DNA from: a virus
IMG/VR virus record: IMGVR_UViG_3300042898_002521
Span: 23,549 to 87,548 of that record
Direction: 5' to 3' (one strand)
Length of the DNA stretch: 64,000 nucleotides
The notes under the pieces are model-generated. The model saw only the letters and a list, made by a program, of their open reading frames with translations, made no database searches and had not been told where the DNA came from. Below are positions 35,043 to 44,056 of the stretch, piece by piece. The position numbers and the translations under genes are program-made. Numbering within the stretch: position 1 is the first letter of the stretch; each line of letters starts with the position of its first letter.

Positions 35043-36076
35043 TATTTTGTCGCCAATCCTGCAGTAGCCATTAAGTTGAACTGAAGGGATACATCAGTTC
35101 TAATTGGAACCATGCTTCTATTAAAAGCTATATGGCTTACCGAAATGTTATTTACATAACCTAAGTAACTCAAAGGCCCAATATCTACACGAAGAAGGGT
35201 AGGGCTTAGGAAACCAATATCAGAGCTGTCACGCCCAGTAGCTTGGTTTGTCCAACCAGGACCATTAATAGCTTTATATAAGTACTCAATGTCGGCTATA
35301 GTTCCAAGTTTTCTAAGTTCTTTTATTTTATTTTTAAAATAATCCTGGTAAGAGCCAGTAGTATCAAACGTTCCCGCTAAATCGTAGTATTGTTTATCTG
35401 CAAATTTTTTTGCAATTTGATCTTCACTTGGATTTGCAGCTCCAGGGGCAATACCTTGAATACAAGCAAAGTCATTAGTCCTATCTAGACGAATTGTAAA
35501 TGCAAGCGCCTCACCACTTGGAAATGCCCCAGCAACATCAACAAACTTATCAGCAAACGTGGGGGTAATGTCAAGGTTTACAGCAACTGAGGTGGTAATT
35601 GTGTCAGGGTTCCATAGAAACTGAAATCCGTATCTAGGGTCTTTTTTATTGGTTCCGTTATTATTACCAGTTGAAGTAGCGTATGTATTACCAGGTCGGG
35701 CATACCAATAAATTCTTCCTCGCCTATACCTATCGGATACGCCAATGTTTAACTGTCGAACTTTTTGATTAACTACAGTATTGCCTATCATAGTTGACGG
35801 TTCAACGGGCATACTCCATTGGTGTGGAGGTAAGTTCCATTGATACCGATATAAAATGTTTGGAGTAGCACTCAACGTTGGAATAGCAGTAGCGAGAGGG
35901 GCTGAAGACAAAGCATCATCTATTTTACCTAGCAACTCATCTGTTGCGGATGTTCCAAGATTTACTGGATTAAAAGGTAAACTTTCTGTTACTACACTGT
36001 TGTTTTGTGCAATTTGCCTCGAAGAAGACGCGCTAGAGCTTGGTAGACTGCTGTTACCATTAGTAATATTTGCCAT
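35042..36076 (-). CDS. Tail tube initiator-like protein
   Basis: FQFLWNPDTI, GYVNNISV....F...MVPIR..V.L; lies between tape measure and LysM genes. Confidence 0.7.
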   Translation of the reverse strand: MANITNGNSSLPSSSASSSRQIAQNNSVVTESLPFNPVNLGTSATDELLGKIDDALSSAPLATAIPTLSATPNILYRYQWNLPPHQWSMPVEPSTMIGNTVVNQKVRQLNIGVSDRYRRGRIYWYARPGNTYATSTGNNNGTNKKDPRYGFQFLWNPDTITTSVAVNLDITPTFADKFVDVAGAFPSGEALAFTIRLDRTNDFACIQGIAPGAANPSEDQIAKKFADKQYYDLAGTFDTTGSYQDYFKNKIKELRKLGTIADIEYLYKAINGPGWTNQATGRDSSDIGFLSPTLLRVDIGPLSYLGYVNNISVSHIAFNRSMVPIRTDVSLQFNLMATAGLATK

Positions 36077-36084
36077 TGTGTCCT

Positions 36085-37623
36085 CTAACTCTTAGCCGTC
36101 ATAGCTTTGTAAATTGCATCCCCAAATGCATATGGATCGTCAGAACTGCTAGTAACATTAATTGTTATGCTGCCTGTGTATAAAGGTCCAGCTTTTGAAG
36201 CCATAGTTGCGCCTGTTGTACGTATACCAGTTGACTCAATGGCTTGGTCTGCAACACCAAAATTTCTGTTTTCTGCATCTTTTAAGACTGCAGCTAGTGC
36301 CGCACCGCCAAGAAAATGACTAGCGTTTCCAGCAGATAATGCGTCCGATAAAACTCCACCAGCTCCGCCTCGTATTCCCGCAAATGTTTCCATTACGGTA
36401 GCTAAATTTAATCCTTTTCTCATAGCTGTTCTCATTTTATCTTGCGCCCCAGCCGCTTTTCCTGTTCCATATTCGCTACCAAAAATATTAAACATTCCTT
36501 GAATTGCGTTATTTGCGCTAGTAAGCCCTTGAATAACAGGATTAGACAAGTTTTGTAACATTTGTAACTCTGAAGAACTTCTGTTACTTGTGGTCATTGC
36601 GCCTTGACTTAAAGCGCCACTTTCTTCAAGAGAACCTCTTTTAGGATATTTTTTGCTTGTATTTTTTGAAAAACCCATTCCTTTTGATTTTTGAATAAGT
36701 CCAGCAATAATTGTAGAACGAATATTAGGGTCTCCGCCAAAATATTGATTAATAATACTATCTAACGCATTACCAGACATAGCAGATATAGCAATGTCTC
36801 TTTCAGTAAGGGCCCCACCTCTAGCTAGTAATGTGTATAACTGGTCAATAATATTACTTAAATCATTCATACCAGTACCATCAGGAGTTCTAACTTGAAC
36901 GCCAAACATTCTTAACATGTTTACGTTAGACGCTTGGTTTAATCCAGCCATTACTCCAGCACCACCAGTAATTCCTATACCAGGAGTAAGGTTTGAGGCT
37001 AGTGCTGCGCCACCAAGAATTCCTGTGTATCCTGTGCCAGCTCTAAAATTTTTTAAACCAGGCATTAATCCCGATGAAGTTAAACTATTAATTGCGGTAG
37101 GGGCGTCTAGTGCACTAATTGCGGTACCCATACTTGAGGCTTGTTTTTGAATATTAAAGCCTTCTTTATTGGATATATTTCCGTTATTGTAAAATCTAAG
37201 CCTATTTGAAAGTTGCTCCAGATACACAGCTTCATTAGTGGTTGGACCTAGTGCGGCTCCAGCCATTCCAACATTAAGCGCATAGGACCCAACTTTTCCT
37301 AGCATGCCAAGGCTTTTTTGAAGTCCCGTACGATCGTCTGCCGATTTAAATCTTTCGGGAGTACTAGGTATTGTAGCGCTCGGTGCGGTACTTGTAGGTG
37401 CCCCGCCTGCAAATGAGGCAAACCCAGTAGAGCCAAAAGTTCCGCCAGGACCAGGTTTAGATGTGCTTACGTTGCCTTGGCTAGAGGAACCACCACCAGA
37501 AGAAGATGAGCCACCAGATATAGCCGCACCACCTCGTTCCAGGTGGTTTGCGGTTTTTTCAGCTTTAGATACGATACTATCTAAAATTTTATCGGTATTC
37601 TCTAAATCATCATTGAGTGCCAT
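36085..37623 (-). CDS. Tape measure protein (short), probable
   Basis: Gly/Ala-rich; follows the chaperone genes; C-terminal ITINV strand. Confidence 0.7.
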   Translation of the reverse strand: MALNDDLENTDKILDSIVSKAEKTANHLERGGAAISGGSSSSGGGSSSQGNVSTSKPGPGGTFGSTGFASFAGGAPTSTAPSATIPSTPERFKSADDRTGLQKSLGMLGKVGSYALNVGMAGAALGPTTNEAVYLEQLSNRLRFYNNGNISNKEGFNIQKQASSMGTAISALDAPTAINSLTSSGLMPGLKNFRAGTGYTGILGGAALASNLTPGIGITGGAGVMAGLNQASNVNMLRMFGVQVRTPDGTGMNDLSNIIDQLYTLLARGGALTERDIAISAMSGNALDSIINQYFGGDPNIRSTIIAGLIQKSKGMGFSKNTSKKYPKRGSLEESGALSQGAMTTSNRSSSELQMLQNLSNPVIQGLTSANNAIQGMFNIFGSEYGTGKAAGAQDKMRTAMRKGLNLATVMETFAGIRGGAGGVLSDALSAGNASHFLGGAALAAVLKDAENRNFGVADQAIESTGIRTTGATMASKAGPLYTGSITINVTSSSDDPYAFGDAIYKAMTAKS

Positions 37624-37632
37624 GCTAATCCT

Positions 37633-37743
37633 TTATCTTCTGGCTCTTCTAAGCCAATTTTGCCTTTCCCTAAAAGAAAGAGAGCGCACATCGCTCATGC
37701 TCCAACCAGGAAATGCACGGATTAGTACTTCATAGGTGTCCAT
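37633..37743 (-). CDS. Tail assembly chaperone C-terminal part (gp51/GT-like), probably reached by +1 frameshift
   Basis: MDTYEVLIRAFPGWSMSDVRSLSFRERQNWLRRARR; frame open back to the TTT CGC site; no RBS. Confidence 0.7.
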   Translation of the reverse strand: MDTYEVLIRAFPGWSMSDVRSLSFRERQNWLRRARR

Positions 37744-37765
37744 TAGGTATTCGTAGTCTTTATTA

Positions 37766-38563
37766 TTATAAGCGAAATAAGTCCGCTAGACTTAGTGATA
37801 ACGGAATTTCCGTACCACATGCCTTGCAAGCCTTACTCACCTCCCCAAGGCGTGGGCCTGGGTTTCTTTTGTATATTTCATTTGCAAGAAGTTCTCGGTC
37901 AGCCATTCCCAGTCCTAGAGCAGTACTTCTACCCATTGAAGGCTCACCGTCTATAGAGATTAAACATCCTGATAGCAGCGCAGTAACAAGTTCTGGAAAA
38001 GCGCCGTTTTCAATTTCTAGTAGGCGTTTTGTTGTTACGCCATTAGGCATTCCAACTTTAAATTCGCCAGCTTTTCCTTTTACGGTAAACACTCGATCAT
38101 TAATTGGGTTTTCTAGAAATTCAGTTTTTAAATCTGTTTCTAAATCAAACTCAATATCTTGAAGTTCTCCGCAAGTGCAGGTTACTTTAAATGGAACAGT
38201 GCTGCCAAAAGTAGCAATCCTAATACCTACAAGAATAGATTCTCTATCCCCAGCTAATAAAGTATCTAAATCTTGTTTTGTAGGAGGCTCGTCCCCTAAC
38301 AATACAAGGCCTTGTTTAAAGATAACTTCTAGCGCACGACCTACAGAAAGTGTTGAGGCAATAAGTTCCTCATCAGCCCCAGTAAGTTCACGAATAGTAG
38401 CAGATTTAATTAATATTCCCTCGTTATTAATTAAACCCCCAGGTAAAAATACCTCATTACTAATTGGCATTTGAGTAGTAATAGGCTCTAGGTCACTAGA
38501 CTCGTCCATAAACTGCTTAGCAAGTTCATTAATTTTATCTGGGTTGGTAATTGTTTGTTCCAT
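37766..38563 (-). CDS. Tail/baseplate assembly chaperone (T4 gp26-like)
   Basis: LPGG, IRELTGADEE, LLAGDR..IL..IR..TFG, CxC, DR..L, CKAC; follows the tube gene. Confidence 0.8.
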   Translation of the reverse strand: MEQTITNPDKINELAKQFMDESSDLEPITTQMPISNEVFLPGGLINNEGILIKSATIRELTGADEELIASTLSVGRALEVIFKQGLVLLGDEPPTKQDLDTLLAGDRESILVGIRIATFGSTVPFKVTCTCGELQDIEFDLETDLKTEFLENPINDRVFTVKGKAGEFKVGMPNGVTTKRLLEIENGAFPELVTALLSGCLISIDGEPSMGRSTALGLGMADRELLANEIYKRNPGPRLGEVSKACKACGTEIPLSLSLADLFRL

Positions 38564-38601
38564 TAGTGCTCCTTATTTAACTCGAAATAGTCTATCGTAG
38601 T

Positions 38602-39225
38602 TTAAGCAAACCCAGCTGGTTTGTAGTTTCCAGTAGCAGCAGTTCCATCTGCGTTAAGCATTGCTACAGATAAACCTTCGTGAACTAATGTCATTTGCTC
38701 AAACATAAGCTCGTTAGCACCAGCGTTTAGATCAGAAAACGCTAGGCTAGTAATCCAAGCATTGTGTAGGTAAAATCCAATTCTTGGAATGTTGGTGGAA
38801 GTCCCAGCATTTGGGTGGTCCATAGCTTCAATAGTTACTTTACAACGGAAGTTGTTAGCGTTACTGGTAGTACCTACAGCCAGTCCTTCTCCCGATGCTG
38901 CGGCAAATAAGCCTCTCATCCAAGTAATAGCACTATCATTTCCGTACAAAGCTCCACGGCTAAACGTTACAGGCGAGAATGTAGCCATGCCAGGAACCTG
39001 GTGCATAGTAGTGTTGTACCCACCCTCACGGTACGTGATAGGAGCTACCGTAGTATTAAGACCAGATACAGAGTTAAACCCGCCACTAAAGCTAGTAATA
39101 GCGGAACTAAATGCGGTTCCACCAGCAATGTTAAATTTAGCGCGGAATCTAAATGCACGCATTGGGTCAGTTTGAATGGTAGAACGTGAGTCAATCACAT
39201 TCAGATTTTTAGTTGTTTCTGACAT
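38602..39225 (-). CDS. Tail tube protein (T4 gp19-like)
   Basis: DP.R.FRF, GF.SVSGL, YREGG, PG...F.PVT.SRG, NAW, L.HEG. Confidence 0.92.
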   Translation of the reverse strand: MSETTKNLNVIDSRSTIQTDPMRAFRFRAKFNIAGGTAFSSAITSFSGGFNSVSGLNTTVAPITYREGGYNTTMHQVPGMATFSPVTFSRGALYGNDSAITWMRGLFAAASGEGLAVGTTSNANNFRCKVTIEAMDHPNAGTSTNIPRIGFYLHNAWITSLAFSDLNAGANELMFEQMTLVHEGLSVAMLNADGTAATGNYKPAGFA

Positions 39226-39239
39226 GTTGTGTTGTCTCC

Positions 39240-41264
39240 TTAAATAGAGGTAGTAACGGTGGCTCCACCGTCAATCTGACCAAGTTTAATAATTACGAAT
39301 TCAGCTGGGCGAAGCAACGCTACGCCTACCTCAATTCTGAGTTCTCCAGCAGCAATTACTTGTGAGGTATTAATAGTTGCATCACATTTAACGTAAAACG
39401 CTTCAGATTCTGTAGAACCAAATAAGCCACCATCGTTCCAGAAGTCTGAAAGAATTCCTCTTACAGTTCCAGTTACAGTGTTCCACAATGTAGCGTTGTT
39501 AGGCTCAAATACTGCAAATGCAGTGGAGTTTTTAAGGGTGTTTGACAAGTAGTTCAAAGTACGACGCACTGGAACATACTTATCTGAGTACAAGCTGCTA
39601 AGAGTTCTAGCTCCCATTACACAAATTCCTGAACCTGGTACAAAACGAATAACGTTTAAGTTGCTTGTACTTCCGCTAATTAAATCAAACTCTTCGCTAG
39701 TTAGCGCGGGTACAGAGACCGCTGAACGAACCAATGCATTTGAACCCGCAGGAGCTTTAAACACGCCTCTAGCTGCGTCTGTGGACGCGTAAAGAGCAGC
39801 TACAGCGCCTCCAGGACCGACAGTCTTGGTAGCACCAGTTGTAGATGCTGGATCAGCAATTACAATGTACGGGTAGTAGGCAGCACCATAATTCAAGTTA
39901 TTTGTGTAAGAACCGATTCCAACATCAGCTGTGGTGCTTAATACATTAGCTACCGTATCGTTTTTAGCATCAATTACTACAAATGAATCTCCGCGGGTTG
40001 CCGCGTAGCTTAATAACCCGTTAATTGTTGCCGTAGTGCTAACATTTGGGTAGTTTAAAATAAGTGGAGAAGAAACAGCGTCTAATCTAGCAAGTACTTG
40101 AGAAGATAAAGTAGGCGCAGTTGAACCGTCAGAACCAGCAACTCCTGCAAGAGTAACAACGGTTGTACCTGTTTTTCCAAGTTTTGCAGCAGACAAAGTT
40201 GCTGTACTAAAACTTGCGGTATTCCAAACAAACGAACCGTCTACTCCGCTAATATTTGCAGACGTAGTTGCAGTTCCCCAGTAGCCAGTAAATGCTGGAA
40301 GGTCGTACCGTCCAGTAGTAGCCGCTGCATTATCTGATACCGTAATCCAATTAGAGTTGCTTCCAATAATATTTACAAAATAACGAGCGTTTGTTGAATC
40401 CATGCTTAAACTAGTAAACCGCTCAACCCTGTTAGTGGCGGTAAGTTCAGTAGATGTAGTAGCAGTAGTGCTGTAATAAACTGATAAATTAAATAAGTTT
40501 TCAGTGCTGTCTGGCTCAACACCAACCCAGATAGATTTATTATCCGAACCGTTGCCTGCCCAGGCTCCGTGATCTTTTGCTGTTGCGGTAAGCGTAGCTA
40601 CAGAGCTAGGCGCTCCACCACTAACAGTTACACCAGTAGTCTGTGAAACAGCTGTAACTGGAGATGCATTTTTCCATGCAACAGAAAGCCCAGCACCGCT
40701 TGACTCAACAGCAGAAACTACCCAAGTAGAGCTATTTAAGAAAGTGTAGTTTGTAGCAGTAACACCAGCAAAATTAACCAGTCTACCCGCTTCAAAAGAA
40801 GCAAAAGGAGTACCACTAGTAGCAGTAATAGTTAGTTTATTACTAGCGATATTTGTAGTTCCGTCAAAAGACCACGCTACAGCTTGTACGGTTTGAGAGT
40901 TACTATTACGAAGCACGGCAGTCGCTTTTACAGCGTCGGTATTAACAGCGCGTACAATGTAAGCTTGCCCACCACCATTATCAAAGAATGTTTTTACAGC
41001 ATACTTTAAGTCTTCTGCACTTGTTCCAACGTTAGCTCCGCTAAACGTGTTTACAACATTATCAAAACTAAACTGACGGGTAAAATCAGAAAAATTTGTA
41101 ACTAAAGTAGGGGTAGCAAGAACTGCGCCACTTACAACCGCAGTTGGTCCGCGATCTGCAACGCCAATAAAGGCAGCAACTGAAGACGCTTCAGTTTGAA
41201 CCACGGGCAAATTAGGCGTAAGAGTCTCTTCAACGTACACACCAGGCTTATTATAAGTAGCCAT
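39240..41264 (-). CDS. Tail sheath protein
   Basis: PGVYVEE, AAFIG..DRGP, FFDNGG, AAYYP, RGVFKAPAG, GARTL, YVPVRR, VFEPN, PAEFV. Confidence 0.96.
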   Translation of the reverse strand: MATYNKPGVYVEETLTPNLPVVQTEASSVAAFIGVADRGPTAVVSGAVLATPTLVTNFSDFTRQFSFDNVVNTFSGANVGTSAEDLKYAVKTFFDNGGGQAYIVRAVNTDAVKATAVLRNSNSQTVQAVAWSFDGTTNIASNKLTITATSGTPFASFEAGRLVNFAGVTATNYTFLNSSTWVVSAVESSGAGLSVAWKNASPVTAVSQTTGVTVSGGAPSSVATLTATAKDHGAWAGNGSDNKSIWVGVEPDSTENLFNLSVYYSTTATTSTELTATNRVERFTSLSMDSTNARYFVNIIGSNSNWITVSDNAAATTGRYDLPAFTGYWGTATTSANISGVDGSFVWNTASFSTATLSAAKLGKTGTTVVTLAGVAGSDGSTAPTLSSQVLARLDAVSSPLILNYPNVSTTATINGLLSYAATRGDSFVVIDAKNDTVANVLSTTADVGIGSYTNNLNYGAAYYPYIVIADPASTTGATKTVGPGGAVAALYASTDAARGVFKAPAGSNALVRSAVSVPALTSEEFDLISGSTSNLNVIRFVPGSGICVMGARTLSSLYSDKYVPVRRTLNYLSNTLKNSTAFAVFEPNNATLWNTVTGTVRGILSDFWNDGGLFGSTESEAFYVKCDATINTSQVIAAGELRIEVGVALLRPAEFVIIKLGQIDGGATVTTSI

Positions 41265-41294
41265 TATCTCTCCTTAAAAGGGTTAATTAAATTT

Positions 41295-41930
41295 TTAGAC
41301 CGTATATTTATCATCGGGGACCGTTGCTTCGACCCAACCACTTGAGTTTTTATTTATACTTACAGTGTCTACGTCTGGTATAGCGGTTGCCGCACCAGCT
41401 GGGGTCATTTCACTTACTACGCGAACTGTATAGACATTTCGCAGAAGTCGCTTATTACCATTTTCTCCCGTAGCAGCGTCTGCTTTTACGACGCCTTCTA
41501 GGAACATATGACGGTAAGCGGTTTCTGTAGCCACGTCGTTGGGGACAGCTAGCCGACCTCTAAGACCTGGAAACTTTTGGTTTAACTGAAAAATTATAGC
41601 GCGATCGTGCCTAGGATGGCGGGCATACGAGGTTACTTGATAAATTAAATCGTAAGCTACAGGAATTTCGTACTCATAAAATTGCCCGTTTTGAACGGCT
41701 ACAGTGCCTTGTCGGTCACTATCCACTACCCATCCAGAAGTTTGACGTTCTGGAGCTTGTCTTACATTAAGCAAATCAATAGTAATAAAAGGGTAATTTT
41801 GGGTTCTAACTTCTACATCAGGGTAACCAAACCAGACACCTACTGAGCGGTTATTGTTTTTTTCGTCAGATACAGTAATGCCTGATAGATGTGTTTTTAA
41901 AGCGGAATCTTCAGCTAAAACAAAAGTCAT
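41295..41930 (-). CDS. Tail terminator/completion protein, probable
   Basis: P.ITIDL, PVAYDLIYQV; directly upstream of the sheath gene. Confidence 0.65.
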   Translation of the reverse strand: MTFVLAEDSALKTHLSGITVSDEKNNNRSVGVWFGYPDVEVRTQNYPFITIDLLNVRQAPERQTSGWVVDSDRQGTVAVQNGQFYEYEIPVAYDLIYQVTSYARHPRHDRAIIFQLNQKFPGLRGRLAVPNDVATETAYRHMFLEGVVKADAATGENGNKRLLRNVYTVRVVSEMTPAGAATAIPDVDTVSINKNSSGWVEATVPDDKYTV

Positions 41931-42241
41931 TTGATCACCTTTGCCGCAGTAAAGAAGTCAGATACTCCTTTATACACAGCCTTACTAATATCTTCTTTAG
42001 AGTCGTAAGAAAGGTCTCTTAGTACAGGTTTAGGAGGTTGGCGCTCAAATCCGTACTCTAAGTTAAAAGCTTGTTCTTTTAATTCTTCTGGAATTTGAAT
42101 TTCTAAATTTTCAGAAACAACAATGCTATCAGCAACTTTTGGGTCCCAGCCCTTAGTCTTTGCTGCAGAACGCACGTTTTTAGTAAAGTCTGCTGCTAGG
42201 GTTTTTAAAGAGTTTTTAATATATTCTTCGGCGGATGCCAT
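41927..42241 (-). CDS. Hypothetical neck-region protein
   Basis: LEYG...PP.PVLR motif typical of neck/tail-completion proteins. Confidence 0.6.
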   Translation of the reverse strand: MASAEEYIKNSLKTLAADFTKNVRSAAKTKGWDPKVADSIVVSENLEIQIPEELKEQAFNLEYGFERQPPKPVLRDLSYDSKEDISKAVYKGVSDFFTAAKVIK

Positions 42242-42366
42242 TATCCGTTCCGCCTCAAGTAATACCCAAAAAGAAATCCAGCTAACTGTCCTGCGTATGG
42301 ATCAGAGAACAGAGCACCATGCAAAAAGTCATAGTTAGAAGGCTCTGACATTCTATTGTTAGCCAT
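42241..42366 (-). CDS. 41-aa hypothetical protein
   Basis: MANNRMSEPSNYDF...; AGGAG RBS; TAATG coupling. Confidence 0.55.
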   Translation of the reverse strand: MANNRMSEPSNYDFLHGALFSDPYAGQLAGFLFGYYLRRNG

Positions 42367-42451
42367 TTTTCAAAATCTCCTAGGAGGAGTAGCAGGGTAT
42401 TAGCAAGAGTTCTTTTTAGTTCCTGCAGTGGAACTATTACAAGGATAAATG

Positions 42452-42473
42452 AAAAAGCGGGCTTTCGCCCGCT
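42452..42473 (-). terminator. Intrinsic terminator
   Basis: AGCGGGC-GAAA-GCCCGCT followed by TTTT. Confidence 0.85.
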
Positions 42474-42482
42474 AAATCAATC

Positions 42483-42737
42483 TTAGTTATACTCAACTTC
42501 TTTTGAGTTACAGGTCCTACACGGCCTTTTGTCCAAGTCTGGCTTAGGAAAAGTAGAGTCCGCTTTATGGTAAGACTGCATCTTATCCCGACCGCAACCA
42601 CCGCAGGAAGCCTTTACGTAGTCTTTACTGCAACTATCGTCTGTGCACTTGCCAAAGCTATTCCGTCTTTTACTACAAGATGGGCAGCTAGAATTACGGT
42701 AGGGGTTGGTATCGAAATAGCCTTCTGTTTTAGCCAT
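42483..42737 (-). CDS. Cys-rich small protein
   Basis: CPSC, C....C, CGGC, CRTC. Confidence 0.65.
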   Translation of the reverse strand: MAKTEGYFDTNPYRNSSCPSCSKRRNSFGKCTDDSCSKDYVKASCGGCGRDKMQSYHKADSTFPKPDLDKRPCRTCNSKEVEYN

Positions 42738-43030
42738 TAGACAACCGTTGAGTAAATGGCCTTAACCACACCAGTAGCAGTAGCAGAAGTAGCTACAATT
42801 CCGTAAAGAACAGACCCTGAGTGTAGCCAAACAGTAACAGCTCCAGCAGCGGCAATACTAAACCCAGAAGTAGCTCCTGTAGTAGTAGCGGTTAGAGTAC
42901 TGTCTCCAAGAAACAAAGCAGCGCTGTGGTTATTCTGAATAGTAACCGCAGTGTAAGGGTTACCCTCTGGGATAGTTACAAGAACCGTAGGAGTTGTACC
43001 CACAGTAATATTAACGTGATTATAAGCCAT
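42737..43030 (-). CDS. Small beta-rich putative virion protein
   Basis: V.IQN.....LFLG...T...GF.I.....V.......LYGI. Confidence 0.65.
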   Translation of the reverse strand: MAYNHVNITVGTTPTVLVTIPEGNPYTAVTIQNNHSAALFLGDSTLTATTTGATSGFSIAAAGAVTVWLHSGSVLYGIVATSATATGVVKAIYSTVV

Positions 43031-43209
43031 TACTTCTTGCCCTTAATTTTTTTGGCAAGAGCGGTATCTTTCTTTACGTCTTCTTTACGAGACATAGGCT
43101 TCTTGTCCATCTTCTTATCTTCTTTAGCGAACTTAGCTTTTTGAGCTGGGGTCATGCCCTTCATTGCCTTAGCATCTTGCTTCTTGTCATCTTTTTTTGG
43201 AGCAGCCAT
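43030..43209 (-). CDS. Lys-rich 59-aa protein
   Basis: MAAPKKDDKKQDAKAMKGMTPAQKAKF...; TAATG coupling. Confidence 0.7.
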   Translation of the reverse strand: MAAPKKDDKKQDAKAMKGMTPAQKAKFAKEDKKMDKKPMSRKEDVKKDTALAKKIKGKK

Positions 43210-43211
43210 GG

Positions 43212-43325
43212 TTATTTACCAGCTTTCTTAGTAGTAGTTTTCTTAGCAAATTTTTTATTAGCAGCGGCTAGGGTTTTTTCACCGTGCTTGTTCTTTGGGG
43301 CTCCACAGCCACAGGTTGCGCACAT
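43212..43325 (-). CDS. 37-aa basic protein starting MCATCGC
   Basis: Manual translation; GAGG RBS; tight packing. Confidence 0.65.
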   Translation of the reverse strand: MCATCGCGAPKNKHGEKTLAAANKKFAKKTTTKKAGK

Positions 43326-43429
43326 TATGATTCCTCTGTTTCCGTAGTAATTCCGCGAGCTGCTTTGTATGCATCTTTAGCCTGAGCTATTGTCATACCG
43401 CTTTTAAGCATTTCTTGAATTGTAGGCAT
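43325..43429 (-). CDS. 34-aa hypothetical protein
   Basis: MPTIQEMLKSG...; AGGAG RBS; TAATG coupling. Confidence 0.55.
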   Translation of the reverse strand: MPTIQEMLKSGMTIAQAKDAYKAARGITTETEES

Positions 43430-43437
43430 TTTAACTC

Positions 43438-43953
43438 CTAGTTTGCGTAAGCTTGAAATTGTGAGTCGTTAACCATTTCTTCAGGCATAATCTGACGACA
43501 ATCCAGAGAGACCACGGTAAACTTCTCTAATACGATACCACGTAGCTGTGACAAAAGTGGTCGGTAAACCTGGTCTTGCCAGATAATACGGTCACGGTTT
43601 AATGGATCAGGGTTGTTAAACACCGTAGGTAATAGCCTAGAAAGCTCAGATTTATCAATAGTAATGTGCAAAGAGTCAGCGTTGTAGAAACCCTCATGGC
43701 TATGCTCTACAGTACCGTGCTTAATAACTGACCTGATAACAGGAATAGTGACCGCGTCATACCATTGGCGACCTACGCCAGCACTACTGCCAACATCATA
43801 AATTGGGTCAACTACGGTAGCCGCAGAGTTAAATCTATACCACAAAACCTCAGTACCTACTGGGTTAGTTAAATCTTTGGTTATGGCATCGTGGATTTCG
43901 GAATGCTCAAAGTCGGTATCAAACCTACCGCCAGGTGTAAATGCTCTACTCAT
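43438..43953 (-). CDS. Head-closure/neck protein, probable
   Basis: GTEV.WY, DPIYD, DRI.W....Y; lies between the head and tail modules. Confidence 0.6.
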   Translation of the reverse strand: MSRAFTPGGRFDTDFEHSEIHDAITKDLTNPVGTEVLWYRFNSAATVVDPIYDVGSSAGVGRQWYDAVTIPVIRSVIKHGTVEHSHEGFYNADSLHITIDKSELSRLLPTVFNNPDPLNRDRIIWQDQVYRPLLSQLRGIVLEKFTVVSLDCRQIMPEEMVNDSQFQAYAN

Positions 43954-44056
43954 TAAGGCCTCAAACTACTCTTATCTATATTAATACGGGCAGAGACTGA
44001 CCGCTTGCCATAGTCTGCGTAATCTAGCCTTAGTAGCCGAAGCTAGATTTATGCTT

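Noticed and set aside
32775-41930. Bacterial extracellular contractile injection system
   Set aside because: Terminase, portal, capsid and replication genes show this is a phage tail.
43989-44049. Two weak hairpins downstream of the glycosyltransferase, one with a CTAGC stem
   Set aside because: No anti-SD loop and no recognisable RNA family; probably a weak terminator or leader.
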